DNA of 64,000 nucleotides from an uncultured Lentisphaerales bacterium (GCA_964553035.1 CAZKJH010000003.1:767-64766), one strand, 5' to 3'. Counted from the stretch's first letter, positions 8,701 through 24,192 are shown. Notes: a model not told the origin generated them from the sequence alone. Numbers and translations are program-made.

Positions 8701-11700
8701 TCACATCTGCACATCCGCGGCATAGCAGAGGTACTTGTCGCAAACAGAGAGCATTCTGGCGAGAAAATCATCGGAGAGAGAGGTTCCGAAGAGGGTTTTA
8801 TTGGAAACGTTATCACCATCGCCTGGACGATAAAGACCGTCATTGCCCTTGAACCCATACCATTTTTTTGAAGCCTTTTTAACTTTCTCCTGCATGACAA
8901 CTTCTGGTAAATCCCCGTCTTTCCCTTTTTCCTGATAACCAGCGAGGGCCATCGCGTCAGCAATTAACATGAGGGGCTCGGGATCGCCGGCCATCGCGGA
9001 CATCATGCCGTCAAAATACAAGTGAATGCGCTCCTGTGCGAGTTCTGCGGTTTCGGGAGGAATCGATTGAATCACGCCAGCCTCATGAATGTAAATCGAG
9101 GTGCCGAGGGTCATGCCGTTTACGTTAATTTCAGCAAAGGGAAGCAGAGCCGTCTGTATAGAAAGCTTCATCCAGTCTTTCAACTTGAGCGAACTCGGCC
9201 GCACCGTCATGAGCCTCACGTCCGTACCATTCGTATAAAGATTGCCGATTTTTCCAACCAGCACTTTGTCACCAAAGGTGACCCGCACCGAAGCAGCTTC
9301 CGGCAGCGGCATCCAGCCAGAAAAAGCCGTCCGGACGCGTTCCGCCATTTCACCAAATCCGTCCAGTGTTTGTTTAACCATCTGCTCACCGCGCACACCA
9401 ACGGGCAATTTTCCGTTGCAACGGAACAGGGCGACACATTCTGAAATGCGCTCGGGATCTTTGAGCCAGGTATCATCAGGACATCCTGCCTCGAGAAACT
9501 TTCGGACGATCAAGTCCTTCATGAGATATTTATCCAGCCCATTAACCACCACCGGTTCATCATCGCTGTAAGTCGCCGCTTCGCTCTCCTTGTAAATCTT
9601 CAGCACGTTTTTCAGGAAGGTCTCGGCGGGTGCGCCCCAAAATTTAATCAGATCATCAGGGGATATTTCTTCCCTCGACAAGTATTCGCAGTCGCTGGTA
9701 CATCCCACTGTCAACTTCTCAAAAATCCCTTGTTCTTCGGCATCCTTGAATTCACTCAAGGCCGCCCTTGCGCCAAGCTGAGTCCGATAATTACAGAGTG
9801 CTCCGGCTGAAGAAAAATCTTCCTGAGACAGATTTTGCCACAGACGTTGCGTATCCTCTTTTCGCCAGAAGCCCGCTTCATCAAAGTACTCCGGCGCGAA
9901 ATGGTGTAGGTGGTGGCGGAGTTCGAACGCTGCCACCTGTTTCCCTGCAACGACTGCGTTATCAGCATCACCGAAGGCTTGCACCAGCTCGCTGCGGATT
10001 TCATTCAGCAACACGCCGGGAGGGATCGGCTTGTTGTCATGCGCATTGCTGCCAACGTAGGAGAAGCGCAAATAGCGCCGTGCGGAAAGCAGTGCCTCAA
10101 TGAGTAGCTGGCAATCATCATCGCGATCCGAGCGATCGCCAGGACGCTTCGTATTCTTGAGTAAGTCGAAGCTGCGACGCTTGTCACGCCGCGGATATTC
10201 GTTATCATTCATCCCCGCGATCCAGATGTATTTCGCGGGAATGTTACGCAGCGGCTGAAGACGACAAAAGGTAATGCCACCTGAGAGGAAGCGACCCGCA
10301 TCGGCTACGCTCCAGAGTGTACTTTCAAGATAGGCACTAATGATCTCGCACGAGAGAATTAAATCATCCGCACCGGCATCGGCACAGGTAGTGCGAAGTT
10401 CGTCTATCGATTTTTTGAGCATCTCGGCATCGCGAATGCTCATGTTATCCGTCGCAAGAAATTCGTCAATCATCGCGAGCAAAAGCCTGCTCCATTCCTC
10501 TGGCATCTGTGTCGTCGTGAGCGTCTCGCCCAGCGCATAAACGCGCGTGGCAAGGTCGGCAACTGCCCCCAGCGCACGCCCAATGGAATCGTTCATTTCC
10601 CTGCCGCTATGTTCGCCTTCCAGATCCGTTCCCAGCACGTAAGCGCGCGCCAGCGCATTGAGTCCTTGAACCCACGAATTTTCTTCAAAGCCGACACCAC
10701 AGACTTTGCGTCGATGCTCTGCATCCCAGCCCCAGCGAATTCCGCTGTCGTAGAGATGCGCCATCACGAGATCGCGATGCGCTTCATTCTCGATGCCGAG
10801 TTTATCCCAGATCGCACGGAACGAAAGCAGTTCGCGAAATTCGTTGAACTTCATGCGCCCCCGCCACTGCGACAACAGCATCTTGTAAGCGTTTGCGAGC
10901 TGGCTCTCCTCGGCATGGGGGCGGTCGGTGATGGAGTAGTGCAGAAACCCACGGGCGCGATGCTTCGTGTTCCAAAGCCCGAACACGGCATCAATGGCAG
11001 GCGCATATCTGGAAATATCCGGTGCCATCACCACGATGTCATGCGGCTCGAGTAGCCCTCCCCTGACTAATGTGGGATCGAGATGACACAGGATGTCATC
11101 ACGCAGGATTTCCATCTCACGCATTTCACTATGGCAAATGTGCATGACGAGTGAATCATCCACGCTGTGGTCGCTCAAATTCGGATCGTCGTTCTCGAGA
11201 ATCGCCGTCTGGAGTTCATCGAGAACGGTGTGCGACTCGGCCTCATCCCACAACTCCTCGACCGCTCCGTATTCTTCAAGGTCCAGCAATTGATTGAAAA
11301 GCGCTTTGCCAGATTCTGCCAGTGACGTGAGAAGTTGGTTGCCCATCTTCGTGGCAGAGTCCTCACCGTGCCGCTGACGCCAAATCGCCTGACGCTCCGT
11401 CGTGTTGTCGCCCCAGAATTCGCGACAAGGATTGAGGTAGAAAAATTGCACATCCACGAAGGTGGCAAGCTTGCGGAAGAGATCGACTTGGAGCGGTGGC
11501 ATGGTGCCGATACCGAAGACAAACACCCGCTTTGTTGGAAAAGACTTCTTCGCAAGCTCCCCCGCCTCTGCATCGAGTTTTCCATCGAGAAAATGGCAGA
11601 ATAACTCGGCCGGCGATTTTCCGCCGGTGGCAGCGTGTAGACTCTGCCACAACTTTTTCTGCCACTGCGCATGCGTGGCAAGTTCGACTTCGGGCCGCGC

Positions 11701-12162
11701 GTCTTTGTGTGTAGCCCATGCGCGCATGACATCGGCGCGATAGACTTGGTAGACATCGAAGATGCTGGCAATCTCGGACGCTAATTCGAAATGCGAGCGC
11801 GAGACTCCCTCGGCACCACGCAGGTAGGTCTTGAGGGCTACATCATCAACGGTGGAGTCGGCCAGCATTTTCAGTAGCCGCCACGACATGACTTTCGGGT
11901 TGAAGCGCTTAGCGGAATCCTCCATGCCCGGGATAATGCGGTTCCAGAATCCACCCCGCGTGATGAACTCGATATTGGCGCACACACCCATGCTTTGCGC
12001 CAGTTCATGCGTTAGCCATGTTGCGTTGCCCGGATTCATGACCACAATCACCTCACGGTCGAACGGAGTCGAATTCTGGGTGCGCACCTTCAGACGAGTA
12101 GCAAGCGCCTCCGCCAACGTCTCTAGTCTATTGCCTACAATAAAATTCAGTCTCATTGCCAT
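8701..12162 (-). CDS. recC: Exodeoxyribonuclease V gamma subunit (RecC) homolog, 1153 aa
   Basis: N-terminal colinearity with RecC (MRLNFIVGNRLETLAEAL...; FFYLNPCREFWGD vs E. coli LLFTNPCRYYWGD). Size is typical. No recB or recD in the window. Confidence 0.7.
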   Translation of the reverse strand: MAMRLNFIVGNRLETLAEALATRLKVRTQNSTPFDREVIVVMNPGNATWLTHELAQSMGVCANIEFITRGGFWNRIIPGMEDSAKRFNPKVMSWRLLKMLADSTVDDVALKTYLRGAEGVSRSHFELASEIASIFDVYQVYRADVMRAWATHKDARPEVELATHAQWQKKLWQSLHAATGGKSPAELFCHFLDGKLDAEAGELAKKSFPTKRVFVFGIGTMPPLQVDLFRKLATFVDVQFFYLNPCREFWGDNTTERQAIWRQRHGEDSATKMGNQLLTSLAESGKALFNQLLDLEEYGAVEELWDEAESHTVLDELQTAILENDDPNLSDHSVDDSLVMHICHSEMREMEILRDDILCHLDPTLVRGGLLEPHDIVVMAPDISRYAPAIDAVFGLWNTKHRARGFLHYSITDRPHAEESQLANAYKMLLSQWRGRMKFNEFRELLSFRAIWDKLGIENEAHRDLVMAHLYDSGIRWGWDAEHRRKVCGVGFEENSWVQGLNALARAYVLGTDLEGEHSGREMNDSIGRALGAVADLATRVYALGETLTTTQMPEEWSRLLLAMIDEFLATDNMSIRDAEMLKKSIDELRTTCADAGADDLILSCEIISAYLESTLWSVADAGRFLSGGITFCRLQPLRNIPAKYIWIAGMNDNEYPRRDKRRSFDLLKNTKRPGDRSDRDDDCQLLIEALLSARRYLRFSYVGSNAHDNKPIPPGVLLNEIRSELVQAFGDADNAVVAGKQVAAFELRHHLHHFAPEYFDEAGFWRKEDTQRLWQNLSQEDFSSAGALCNYRTQLGARAALSEFKDAEEQGIFEKLTVGCTSDCEYLSREEISPDDLIKFWGAPAETFLKNVLKIYKESEAATYSDDEPVVVNGLDKYLMKDLIVRKFLEAGCPDDTWLKDPERISECVALFRCNGKLPVGVRGEQMVKQTLDGFGEMAERVRTAFSGWMPLPEAASVRVTFGDKVLVGKIGNLYTNGTDVRLMTVRPSSLKLKDWMKLSIQTALLPFAEINVNGMTLGTSIYIHEAGVIQSIPPETAELAQERIHLYFDGMMSAMAGDPEPLMLIADAMALAGYQEKGKDGDLPEVVMQEKVKKASKKWYGFKGNDGLYRPGDGDNVSNKTLFGTSLSDDFLARMLSVCDKYLCYAADVQM

Positions 12163-12197
12163 TCCTTAGTGGTATGAGTATACAATAGCGGGAGAGC

Positions 12198-12227
12198 AGT
12201 AGCGAGTAGCGAGTAGCGAGTAGCGAG
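12198..12227. repeat. Heptanucleotide microsatellite (AGTAGCG) x4 in the recC upstream / rpoC downstream intergenic region
   Basis: GCAGTAGCGAGTAGCGAGTAGCGAGTAGCGAG read directly. Confidence 0.9.
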
Positions 12228-12240
12228 AAAAATTTTGGCG

Positions 12241-12272
12241 AAAAAAACCGCTCGCACGAGGTGCGAGCGGCT
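12241..12272 (-). terminator. Rho-independent terminator after rpoC
   Basis: On the minus strand: GC-rich hairpin CCGCTCGCAC-GAGG-TGCGAGCGG followed by TTTTTTT. Confidence 0.55.
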
Positions 12273-12298
12273 CATGAAAACCTGTTGAATCAAAACGA

Positions 12299-15200
12299 TT
12301 AGTTGTTGAGACCAGCGGGTTCTTTCATTCTGCTACGAATCTTGTCTTCGTCTTCAGGAATAGGCATCGAATCCTCTGAGATAGGCTCGGCGGTGGTCAC
12401 CAGCTTGATGTAGCGGTGCATCGGGAATCCGGTGCCGCCAGGGATGAGGTGACCGAGGATGACATTCTCCTTGAAGCCGCGCAACTCATCCCGGCGACCC
12501 ATCGTAGCGGCATCCGTGAGGACACGCGTGGTGTCTTGGAAAGATGCAGCGGAGATAAAGCTGTCGGTTTCGAGCGATGCCTTGGTGATACCGAGGAGTA
12601 CAGGAACAGCCTCTGCCGGGCGCTTGCCTTCGCTGAGTGCCTGCTCGTTGACTTCGATACGGCGCTCATGTGTGACCTGCTCGCCCCAGAGAAACTCGGT
12701 ATCGCCTGGGTTCGTGATCTTGACCTTGCGCAACATCTGGCGGACGATGATTTCAATGTGCTTGTCATTGATTTCTACGCCTTGCAGACGGTAGACCGAT
12801 TGCACTTCGTTGACGAGGTAGCGCTGGAGTTCCTGAGAACCGGAAACTTCGAGCACTTCCTGAGGTGCGATCGGGCCTTCTGTGAGTTGCTGACCCTTAC
12901 GAACCTTGTCATTTTTAACCACGACGACGTGCTTGCCCATCGGGATAAGGTGCCTTTCCTCAGTATCCGTAACGGGGTCGCGGACGATGAGGACGCGCTT
13001 ACCGCGTTCGTTGTCGCCGAAGTCCACAACGCCTTCGATCTTCGCGATGTCGGCCGCATCTTTCGGATGCCGCGCTTCGAAAAGCTCGGAAATTCGTGGC
13101 AGACCACCGGTGATGTCGCGGGTTTTTGATTCCTTACGCGGGGTTTTGGCAAGCTGTTCGCCTGCCGTTACCTTCTGACCATCTCGAACCATGACAATAG
13201 CGGCTGTCGGGATCGAGTAGTAAGCAAGGGCTTCGTTGGAAGCGCCCTTGAGGATGATCTGTGGGTGCAGGTTTTCGTGCGTTTCAATGATCTTCGCCTG
13301 ATTATGCCCGGTCTGGGCGTCGATTTCGTTGTCGACCGTAACGCCATCGACGAAATCATGCAATTGCACGACACCGGCAAATTCAGAAAGAATCGGCGTT
13401 GCGTAGGCATCCCACGTAGCAAGCTTGAACTTAGCTGTGACGACCTCACCATTGTCGGCATAAATGATAGCACCAAGGGGTGGCGTAAACTTCTCGATTT
13501 CTTCGTCATCCTTATTGCACACCGAGATCGTGGCGCTCTTGTTGAGAACCACCATGTCGCCTGTCGTGTTACGAACCACGCGGAGATCGTCGCTGAACTT
13601 GACAATACCGGCTTTCGATGTCATGTACTCTGGAGTGGAGAAGGCTGTAGAAGCCGTTCCACCGATATGGAAAGTACGCATCGTAAGCTGGGTTCCCGGC
13701 TCACCGATCGACTGCGCGGCGATAATGCCGACAGCAGAACCGATTTCCACCGGCCGGCCCATAGCAAGGTCACGACCGTAGCACTTGGCACACATACCGT
13801 GTGCACTGGTGCACGTGAGACCGCTACGAATCCAGATGGACTGAAGGTCGAGTGGCTCAATGCGGTCGCAGCAAGCTTCGTCGATCTCTTGGTTGGCAGC
13901 AATGGCAATTTCGCCGGTAGCTGGATCGATGATGTCGTTGAGCGACGTACGACCGAGAATTCGCTGACGAAGTGCCGCAACGACCTTCTCTCCCTCTAAG
14001 ATGGGCACCACTTCAATGCCGTTCACCGTGTTGCAGTCTTCCTCGGTAATAATCACGTCCTGCGAGACATCGACGAGCTTACGCGTCAAATAACCGGCAT
14101 CAGCCGTCTTGAGCGCAGTATCGGCGAGACCCTTGCGGGCACCGTGCGTCGAGATAAAATACTCAAGGATGGACAAGCCTTCGCGGAAGTTCGACTTAAT
14201 CGGAGTTTCAATAATCTCGCCAGAGGGGTTAGCCATACAACCACGCATACCCGCCAACTGGCGGATCTGTTGCTTGGAGCCTCGGGCCTTGGAGTCGACC
14301 ATCATGAAAACCGGATTGATTTCTAGGTAAGACTTGGACTCATCCCAACCGTTATCTTCGATCGCCTTGTACATGACGGTGGCGACCTTTTCGGTTGTCT
14401 CCGACCAGACGTCGACCACCTTGTTATGGCGTTCACCATCGGTGATAACACCGGCGCGGTACTGCTTGCGGATTTCCTCCACTTCGCCCTGCGCCTTATT
14501 AAGAATCGTTTGCTTCTCCTGCGGCACGATCATGTCCACAAGACCGATCGACACGCCGGCAAGCGTAGCCTGCGCAAAGCCTAACGACTTGAGGTCGTCG
14601 AGGACGCGCACCGTGACATCATGCCCTGAGAGGAAATGACACCACCAGATGAAGTCGCCCAAAAGGGACTTGTCGACGGCACGATTAATGAAGCCGAGAG
14701 TACTCGGCCAAACCTCGTTGAAGAACACGCGACCAACGGTGGTTTCAATAACCGTACTTGTCTTGTCACCAAACTTAGTCTCGCGGCCATAATCTCCATT
14801 TTTGAAGCGGATTCGAGTATGCGTCTTAATCGCGCCATCTTGGAATGCAAGCCTGACTTCATTCGCGTCGTTAAACAGCGGAATCATTTCCTTACGCACT
14901 TTGTCGAGATTGTTCTTACGACGCATCTTGTCCACCTGCGACTCTGCCGTGAGGTAGTAGATGCCGAGTGCGATATCCTGCGTCGGCGTCATGATAGACT
15001 TGCCGGATGCGGGCGAAAAGATGGAGTTGCTGGAGAGCATGAGCAGGCGGGACTCGAGCTGAGCCTCAACGGAAAGCGGCACGTGAACGGCCATCTGGTC
15101 TCCATCGAAGTCGGCGTTAAACGCCGTACAAACCATCGGATGCAGCCGGATGGCTTCGCCTTCGATGAGAACTGGCTCGAACGACTGAATCGAAAGCCTG

Positions 15201-16495
15201 TGCAAGGTCGGTGCGCGGTTGAGCATCACCGTCTTGCCGTTCGTGACCTCGTCAAGGACATCCCAAACGATTTCATCTTGCCTCTCGATCAGCTTCTTGG
15301 CGCTGCGAACGGTGTGCGCGTAACCGCGCTCCTTGAGGCGACGGATGATAAAAGGCTCGAAGAGCACAAGTGCCATCTTCTTAGGAAGACCGCACTGCCA
15401 GAGCTTCAGATCAGGGCCGCAAATAATGACGGAACGTCCCGAGTAGTCCACGCGCTTTCCGAGCAGGTTCTGACGGAAACGGCCTGTCTTTCCCTTGAGC
15501 ATGTCGCTGAGCGACTTGAGTGGACGTCCTCCGGCACCGGTGACGGCGCGGCCATGACGACCATTGTCAAAAACGGCATCAACAGCCTCCTGGAGCATCC
15601 GCTTCTCGTTACGGATAATGACATCCGGAGTCTTGAGTTGCTGGAGGTTACGGAGACGATTGTTACGGTTGATAACGCGGCGATAGAGATCGTTGAGATC
15701 AGAGGTTGCAAAGCGGCCACCCTCAAGAGGAACGAGCGGACGCAACTCAGGCGGAATGACCGGCATCACCGTGAGGATCATGTGCTCTGGGCGGCTAGTG
15801 CTGGTACGGAAGCCTTCGCAAATCTTCATCCGCTTCGTAATCTTTTTGCGGTTTTGCTTCGACTTCGTGCTCTCAATTTCCTCTTCGAGTTGGCTCATGA
15901 GCTGCTCAAGGTCGACGCGAGAAAGGACCTTGCGAATGCCTTCAGCTCCCATCATGGCCTCAAAAGAATCACCATACTGCTCAAAGTAATCCTGATATTC
16001 GGACTCCGTGAGGAGCTGGTTCGGCTTGAGTGGTGTGTCGCCAGGATCGGTAACGAGGTAATCCTCGTAATAAATAACGCGCTCAAGGTTCGTGGCAGTC
16101 ATGTCCAGCATCAGGCCGATACGGCTCGGTGAACACTTCAGGAACCAGATGTGAGAAACGGGGACGGCAAGTTCAATGTGCCCCATGCGGTGACGACGCA
16201 CACGAGAAACCGTGACCTCGACTCCGCAACGATCGCAGATGATGCCCTTGTGCTTGATGCGCTTGTACTTGCCGCAGGCGCATTCCCAGTCGCGAGTGGG
16301 GCCGAATATCTTCTCACAGAAGAGGCCATCACGCTCAGGTCGGTACGTGCGGTAGTTGATCGTCTCAGGATTCCGGACTTCGCCGTGACTCCACGAACGA
16401 ATGATGTCAGGAGACGCGAGGGTAATACCGACTGCGTCATATTGGTCGACGTTACGCTTCTCGTCGAAAATTTCTTTGGCAACAAATGGATTCAA
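12299..16495 (-). CDS. rpoC: DNA-directed RNA polymerase subunit beta'
   Basis: 1398 aa. Zn-finger [23 protein letters not shown]. Catalytic [16 protein letters not shown] motif. Confidence 0.97.
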   Translation of the reverse strand: MNPFVAKEIFDEKRNVDQYDAVGITLASPDIIRSWSHGEVRNPETINYRTYRPERDGLFCEKIFGPTRDWECACGKYKRIKHKGIICDRCGVEVTVSRVRRHRMGHIELAVPVSHIWFLKCSPSRIGLMLDMTATNLERVIYYEDYLVTDPGDTPLKPNQLLTESEYQDYFEQYGDSFEAMMGAEGIRKVLSRVDLEQLMSQLEEEIESTKSKQNRKKITKRMKICEGFRTSTSRPEHMILTVMPVIPPELRPLVPLEGGRFATSDLNDLYRRVINRNNRLRNLQQLKTPDVIIRNEKRMLQEAVDAVFDNGRHGRAVTGAGGRPLKSLSDMLKGKTGRFRQNLLGKRVDYSGRSVIICGPDLKLWQCGLPKKMALVLFEPFIIRRLKERGYAHTVRSAKKLIERQDEIVWDVLDEVTNGKTVMLNRAPTLHRLSIQSFEPVLIEGEAIRLHPMVCTAFNADFDGDQMAVHVPLSVEAQLESRLLMLSSNSIFSPASGKSIMTPTQDIALGIYYLTAESQVDKMRRKNNLDKVRKEMIPLFNDANEVRLAFQDGAIKTHTRIRFKNGDYGRETKFGDKTSTVIETTVGRVFFNEVWPSTLGFINRAVDKSLLGDFIWWCHFLSGHDVTVRVLDDLKSLGFAQATLAGVSIGLVDMIVPQEKQTILNKAQGEVEEIRKQYRAGVITDGERHNKVVDVWSETTEKVATVMYKAIEDNGWDESKSYLEINPVFMMVDSKARGSKQQIRQLAGMRGCMANPSGEIIETPIKSNFREGLSILEYFISTHGARKGLADTALKTADAGYLTRKLVDVSQDVIITEEDCNTVNGIEVVPILEGEKVVAALRQRILGRTSLNDIIDPATGEIAIAANQEIDEACCDRIEPLDLQSIWIRSGLTCTSAHGMCAKCYGRDLAMGRPVEIGSAVGIIAAQSIGEPGTQLTMRTFHIGGTASTAFSTPEYMTSKAGIVKFSDDLRVVRNTTGDMVVLNKSATISVCNKDDEEIEKFTPPLGAIIYADNGEVVTAKFKLATWDAYATPILSEFAGVVQLHDFVDGVTVDNEIDAQTGHNQAKIIETHENLHPQIILKGASNEALAYYSIPTAAIVMVRDGQKVTAGEQLAKTPRKESKTRDITGGLPRISELFEARHPKDAADIAKIEGVVDFGDNERGKRVLIVRDPVTDTEERHLIPMGKHVVVVKNDKVRKGQQLTEGPIAPQEVLEVSGSQELQRYLVNEVQSVYRLQGVEINDKHIEIIVRQMLRKVKITNPGDTEFLWGEQVTHERRIEVNEQALSEGKRPAEAVPVLLGITKASLETDSFISAASFQDTTRVLTDAATMGRRDELRGFKENVILGHLIPGGTGFPMHRYIKLVTTAEPISEDSMPIPEDEDKIRSRMKEPAGLNN

Positions 16496-16513
16496 GTTTT
16501 TGCCTCCCGTAGA

Positions 16514-20419
<3,906 letters not shown>

Positions 20420-20532
20420 AATCGGGAAACCTTTTCAGGCCTCCCCACAAAACTGGCTTGGGCTCGGATCGCCCAGGGGGATTCTTCTTCATCTAAGGCG
20501 AGCTGCAACTCATCTTCCGCCTCTCAAAAATC

Positions 20533-20640
20533 CTTAGACAAGGAAAGCAAGAACGGCGGGCCGAAGCCCGCCCTCGCTTACCTTTGTGGCTTTTCCATGT
20601 ATTTCCAAATAAATAAGGTCCTATATGGAAAGCCACAGTT
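20533..20640 (-). terminator. rplL-rpoB intergenic stem-loops (partial terminator/attenuator)
   Basis: On the minus strand: hairpin GGGCGGGC-TTCG-GCCCGCC followed by a T-rich run. A second 13-bp stem TGTGGCTTTTCCAT/ATGGAAAGCCACA lies immediately 3' of rplL. Confidence 0.4.
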
Positions 20641-20648
20641 CTTCAGAA

Positions 20649-21014
20649 TTACTTCATTTCGACCTTGGCACCGGCCGTCTCGAGCTTCTTCTTCAGCTCT
20701 TCTGCTTCTGCCTTTGAGATGCCTGTCTTCACAACACCGTTGCTCTCAACAAGGGCTTTGGACTCAGCAAGACCGAGGCCAGTTGCGGCACGGACTTCCT
20801 TAATCACAGAGATCTTCTTGTCAGCAGGTGTTTCGACGAGCTTCACGTCAAATTCTGTCTTCTCCTCGACAGGGGCAGCAACGGCAGCAGGTGCAGCAGC
20901 GGCAGCAGGTGCTGCGGCAGAAACGCCCCACTTGTCTTCAAGCTTCTTCACGAGGTCAGCAATGTCAAGAACGGTCAGGCCGCTCAAATAATCAACAATT
21001 TCTTCTTGGGTCAT
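20649..21014 (-). CDS. rplL: 50S ribosomal protein L7/L12 (start at internal Met; the track ORF is 5'-extended)
   Basis: [31 protein letters not shown], Ala/Pro hinge, C-terminal domain. Confidence 0.9.
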   Translation of the reverse strand: MTQEEIVDYLSGLTVLDIADLVKKLEDKWGVSAAAPAAAAAPAAVAAPVEEKTEFDVKLVETPADKKISVIKEVRAATGLGLAESKALVESNGVVKTGISKAEAEELKKKLETAGAKVEMK

Positions 21015-21125
21015 TTTATTTCTCTTTTCTTTTGGTGTAACCGCGTACGTTAATTCGCATGCGGAACCGGGAGGCTTGGCTTTCGACACACGTCGAGCCG
21101 AGCCATCCCATTTTTACGACACACC

Positions 21126-21674
21126 TTATGCCGCAGATTCGTTTTTCTCTTCTTTTGCCTTGAGGACGTAGAGGACACTCGCGAGCGGGGCAACCAACAC
21201 GCGCACCAGGCTGGTAGCCGGGGCGAGCATGGTGCCGAGCAACGTGGAGCGCAAGACATCCTTGGGAGGCAGCGAGGAGAGACTCAAGACCTGAGCGGCC
21301 GAGAGCATGGTCTTGTCAAGCTGTGCGCCCTTAACGGAAGCCGCCTCGAACTTCTTGAGGAAGTTCACAAGTACCTTAGCGACTTCAGCCGGGTCGCCAG
21401 AACCGGTAATCATTGCGGTCGGGCCTACGAGCACGGACTCCATAGAGTCCCAGCCCTTCTTGGCAGCCGCACGCGAAAGATAAGAATTTTTCACAACCTT
21501 AATCGCCGACTTCGCCCCTGCAAGCTCCTTGCGGAGTGCAGCGAAGGTCGAGACCGTGAGATTGCCATAGTTGAGGACAAAGCAATAATCCGACTTCTCA
21601 ACAAGCGCAATGACTTCGTTGATGGCGGAAAGCTTTTCCGGACGCTTTGAATTTGCCGCTGATTTCATATTCAC
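21126..21674 (-). CDS. rplJ: 50S ribosomal protein L10
   Basis: Position between rplA and rplL. L10-like sequence of ~180 aa. Confidence 0.85.
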   Translation of the reverse strand: MNMKSAANSKRPEKLSAINEVIALVEKSDYCFVLNYGNLTVSTFAALRKELAGAKSAIKVVKNSYLSRAAAKKGWDSMESVLVGPTAMITGSGDPAEVAKVLVNFLKKFEAASVKGAQLDKTMLSAAQVLSLSSLPPKDVLRSTLLGTMLAPATSLVRVLVAPLASVLYVLKAKEEKNESAA

Positions 21675-21681
21675 TTTCCCC

Positions 21682-22365
21682 TTATTCCTTGACGGCGATC
21701 TTCACAGGAACGCCCATGGTGGAACTGACGGACATCTTGCGGATGTACTGACCCTTCGTGGAGGAAGGACGCTCGGCACGGATGGCGTTGAGAATCACCG
21801 TGGCGTTCTCCACCAGCTTGTCTGCCTCAAAGCTAACCTTCCCGAACAGGACGCAGATGTTACCCTGGCGATCCATGCGGAATTCTACTTTACCGGCCTT
21901 CTGGGCCTTCACGGCAGCCGCCGTGTCGTCCGTAATTGTCCCGGTCTTCGGATTCGGCATCAAGCCGCGAGGGCCGAGCTGGCGAGCCAGCTTACGAACG
22001 TTCTGCATGGCATCCGGCGTGGCAATCGCCACATCGAAATCCATCCAGCCGCCCTTGACCTTTTCAATGAGATCATCGTTTCCTACAAAGTCTGCACCCG
22101 CTTCGCGTGCTGCATCAGCAGCAAGGCCTCCTGCGAACACTGCAATTCGGATTTTCTTGCCTGTCCCGTGGGGAAGGCTGACGGTGCCACGAACCATCTG
22201 GTCCGACTTGCGAGGATCGCATCCCATGCGCATTCCCATTTCAACCGTCTCGTCGAATTTAGCCGCCGGATTTGCCTTGATGAAAGCAACAGCTTCCTCG
22301 ATGGAAACCCCATCTGTCGGTAGCTTCTTCGCAATGTCTACGTATTTTTTGCCGTGTTTAGCCAT
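21682..22365 (-). CDS. rplA: 50S ribosomal protein L1 (start MAKHGKKY; gives a 16-nt gap to rplK)
   Basis: MAKHGKKYVDIAKKL... L1 N-terminus. Synteny. Confidence 0.9.
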   Translation of the reverse strand: MAKHGKKYVDIAKKLPTDGVSIEEAVAFIKANPAAKFDETVEMGMRMGCDPRKSDQMVRGTVSLPHGTGKKIRIAVFAGGLAADAAREAGADFVGNDDLIEKVKGGWMDFDVAIATPDAMQNVRKLARQLGPRGLMPNPKTGTITDDTAAAVKAQKAGKVEFRMDRQGNICVLFGKVSFEADKLVENATVILNAIRAERPSSTKGQYIRKMSVSSTMGVPVKIAVKE

Positions 22366-22381
22366 GGTTAGTTCCTTTTCC

Positions 22382-22807
22382 TCAGCCTTCCACAACGATA
22401 CCCATGCTCCGGGCCGTGCCCTCGATCATGCGCATCGCCGCCTCATCACTCGAAGCATTCAAATCCTTGCCCTTCGCCTTGACGATTTCAAGGAGCTGTG
22501 CCTTCGTTACCTTGCCGATCTTATCGCGGTTCGGTACGCCCGACCCCTTAGCAATGCCTGCCGCCTTCTTGAGAAGAACTGCAGCGGGGGGGCTTTTGAG
22601 AATGAAGGTGAACGAACGATCGGAATACACCGTGATCACAACCGGGATAATAAGCCCCGCTTGCGCTTGGGTAGCCGCATTGAACTCCTTGCAGAACATC
22701 ATAATATTGACGCCCTGAGAACCGAGAGCCGGTCCGATTGGCGGTGCCGGGTTGGCCGCACCTGCCGGCACCTGCAAACGCACAATGCCTGTTACTTTCT
22801 TTGCCAT
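22382..22807 (-). CDS. rplK: 50S ribosomal protein L11
   Basis: [36 protein letters not shown] conserved L11 N-terminus. Confidence 0.92.
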   Translation of the reverse strand: MAKKVTGIVRLQVPAGAANPAPPIGPALGSQGVNIMMFCKEFNAATQAQAGLIIPVVITVYSDRSFTFILKSPPAAVLLKKAAGIAKGSGVPNRDKIGKVTKAQLLEIVKAKGKDLNASSDEAAMRMIEGTARSMGIVVEG

Positions 22808-22867
22808 TTCAGCATTTCCTTGTCTTTATATTGCTCTCCCGGAATCCCCACCGGTTCGAACGAACAA

Positions 22868-23452
22868 TCATTTAACACCTTGACGTTCTGTCTCGGCGGA
22901 GTCTTCACGCTCCACCTGCCAGTATTCAAGATCGACCGGGGTCTCGCCACCAAAGATGGATACCATCACGGTGAGTCGCCCATGGTCGGGATCAATCGCC
23001 TGTACAACGCCCGAACTACTCATGAACGGACCATCAATAATTTTTACCATTTCGCCGGGCTCGAAGATCACCTTCGGCTTCGGCTTCTCCTGAAGCTCTG
23101 TCGCCTGACCACGAATGGCATCGACCTCAGCAGCAGGCATCTCCCTCGGCGGTTCTCCACCTAGAAAACCAATAACGCCCTGTATACCCTTAATGAAAGA
23201 CCAGACCTGCTCGTTGCGAGTCTTCCGATCCTCCTGATATACAGCCGCCTGAATAAATAAATAGCCTGGAAAGAGCTTCTTTACAACCGTCGTCTTCTTC
23301 CCCATCTTCACGGAAGTGACACGCTCGGTCGGCATCAACACCTCTCCAATCTGATCGGCAAGCCCCTCTTCCTGCGACTTAGCATCGATCAGCTTCTGGA
23401 CTTTCTGCTCCTGTCCCGTCAACGTCTGCAGAACAAACCACCCTTGTCTCAT
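22868..23452 (-). CDS. nusG: Transcription termination/antitermination factor NusG
   Basis: WFVLQTLTGQEQKV NGN domain. KOW motif GEMVKIIDGPF. Synteny secE-nusG-rplK. Confidence 0.9.
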   Translation of the reverse strand: MRQGWFVLQTLTGQEQKVQKLIDAKSQEEGLADQIGEVLMPTERVTSVKMGKKTTVVKKLFPGYLFIQAAVYQEDRKTRNEQVWSFIKGIQGVIGFLGGEPPREMPAAEVDAIRGQATELQEKPKPKVIFEPGEMVKIIDGPFMSSSGVVQAIDPDHGRLTVMVSIFGGETPVDLEYWQVEREDSAETERQGVK

Positions 23453-23480
23453 TTAAAAACTCCGTTCGTTCCGAAATAAA

Positions 23481-23690
23481 TTAACGCGCTCCCACGACAA
23501 GCTTCAATAGCTGCGTGAGCACCTGGTCACAAACAAAAACAAAAAGACTGAGGAGCAAAATCACGGCCGCAACCACCCAGGTGGATTCGATCAGCTCCTT
23601 GCGTTTTGGCCAGGATATTTTACCGAATTCAATGCGGCAATCTCGGAAGAACCCACCGAGCGCCTTGACCTCTTCAGCTATTTTGCTCAT
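23481..23690 (-). CDS. secE: Preprotein translocase subunit SecE
   Basis: 69 aa. One TM helix. Position between tRNA-Trp and nusG. Confidence 0.8.
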   Translation of the reverse strand: MSKIAEEVKALGGFFRDCRIEFGKISWPKRKELIESTWVVAAVILLLSLFVFVCDQVLTQLLKLVVGAR

Positions 23691-23760
23691 TTGCCTAATC
23701 TCCGAATCTCATCATGTCCGCCCTTACATGCCAAATCGAACAAGTGTTAGGGCATAAAAT

Positions 23761-23836
23761 TGGCACGTCGGGCAGGACTCGAACCTGCAACAGGCGGTTT
23801 TGGAGACCGCTGCTCTACCAATTGAACTACCGACGT
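23761..23836 (-). tRNA. tRNA-Trp (anticodon CCA)
   Basis: Reverse complement gives acceptor stem ACGTCGG/CCGACGT, anticodon loop CTCCAAA, T-arm GGTTCGAGTCC, 3' CCA. Confidence 0.8.
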
Positions 23837-23846
23837 AACACAGAAA

Positions 23847-23999
23847 TCACTTGGTCTCTTTATGCATCGTCCGTTTGCGCTCGTTCGGGCAAAACTTCTT
23901 GATCTCAAGCCGTGCCGTCATCGTCCGCTTATTGCGCGTCGTCGTATAATTACGGCGTTTGCACTCTGTGCACTCTAAAATTGCGAGGTCTCTTGGCAT
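23847..23999 (-). CDS. rpmG: 50S ribosomal protein L33 (50 aa; below the ORF-track cutoff)
   Basis: Minus-strand translation [50 protein letters not shown] (C4 zinc-ribbon L33). Between tuf and tRNA-Trp. Confidence 0.8.
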   Translation of the reverse strand: MPRDLAILECTECKRRNYTTTRNKRTMTARLEIKKFCPNERKRTMHKETK

Positions 24000-24140
24000 T
24001 TGAATACTCCAATGCTGGTAAAAAATGAACTATTATGTTATCACAACCCCAACTCTGTCTGCAAGCATAAAAAAACTGCCACAAACAACTGGGAAATGCG
24101 AGCGGTGGCTATTCAGTCACTGCTCGCCAAGATAACATCC

Positions 24141-24178
24141 GGAAAAGACCGACCTCTCGATTAGAAGGGGTCGATCTT
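24141..24178 (-). terminator. Probable terminator after tuf
   Basis: On the minus strand: 9/10-bp stem (AAGATCGACC...GGTCGGTCTT) followed by TTTTCC. Confidence 0.35.
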
Positions 24179-24192
24179 CCGGTTGAGAGGCT

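Noticed and set aside
14636-16132. 498-aa plus-strand ORF
   Set aside because: It lies entirely antisense within rpoC. It has low-complexity shadow-ORF composition in a GC-rich gene, so it is not coding.
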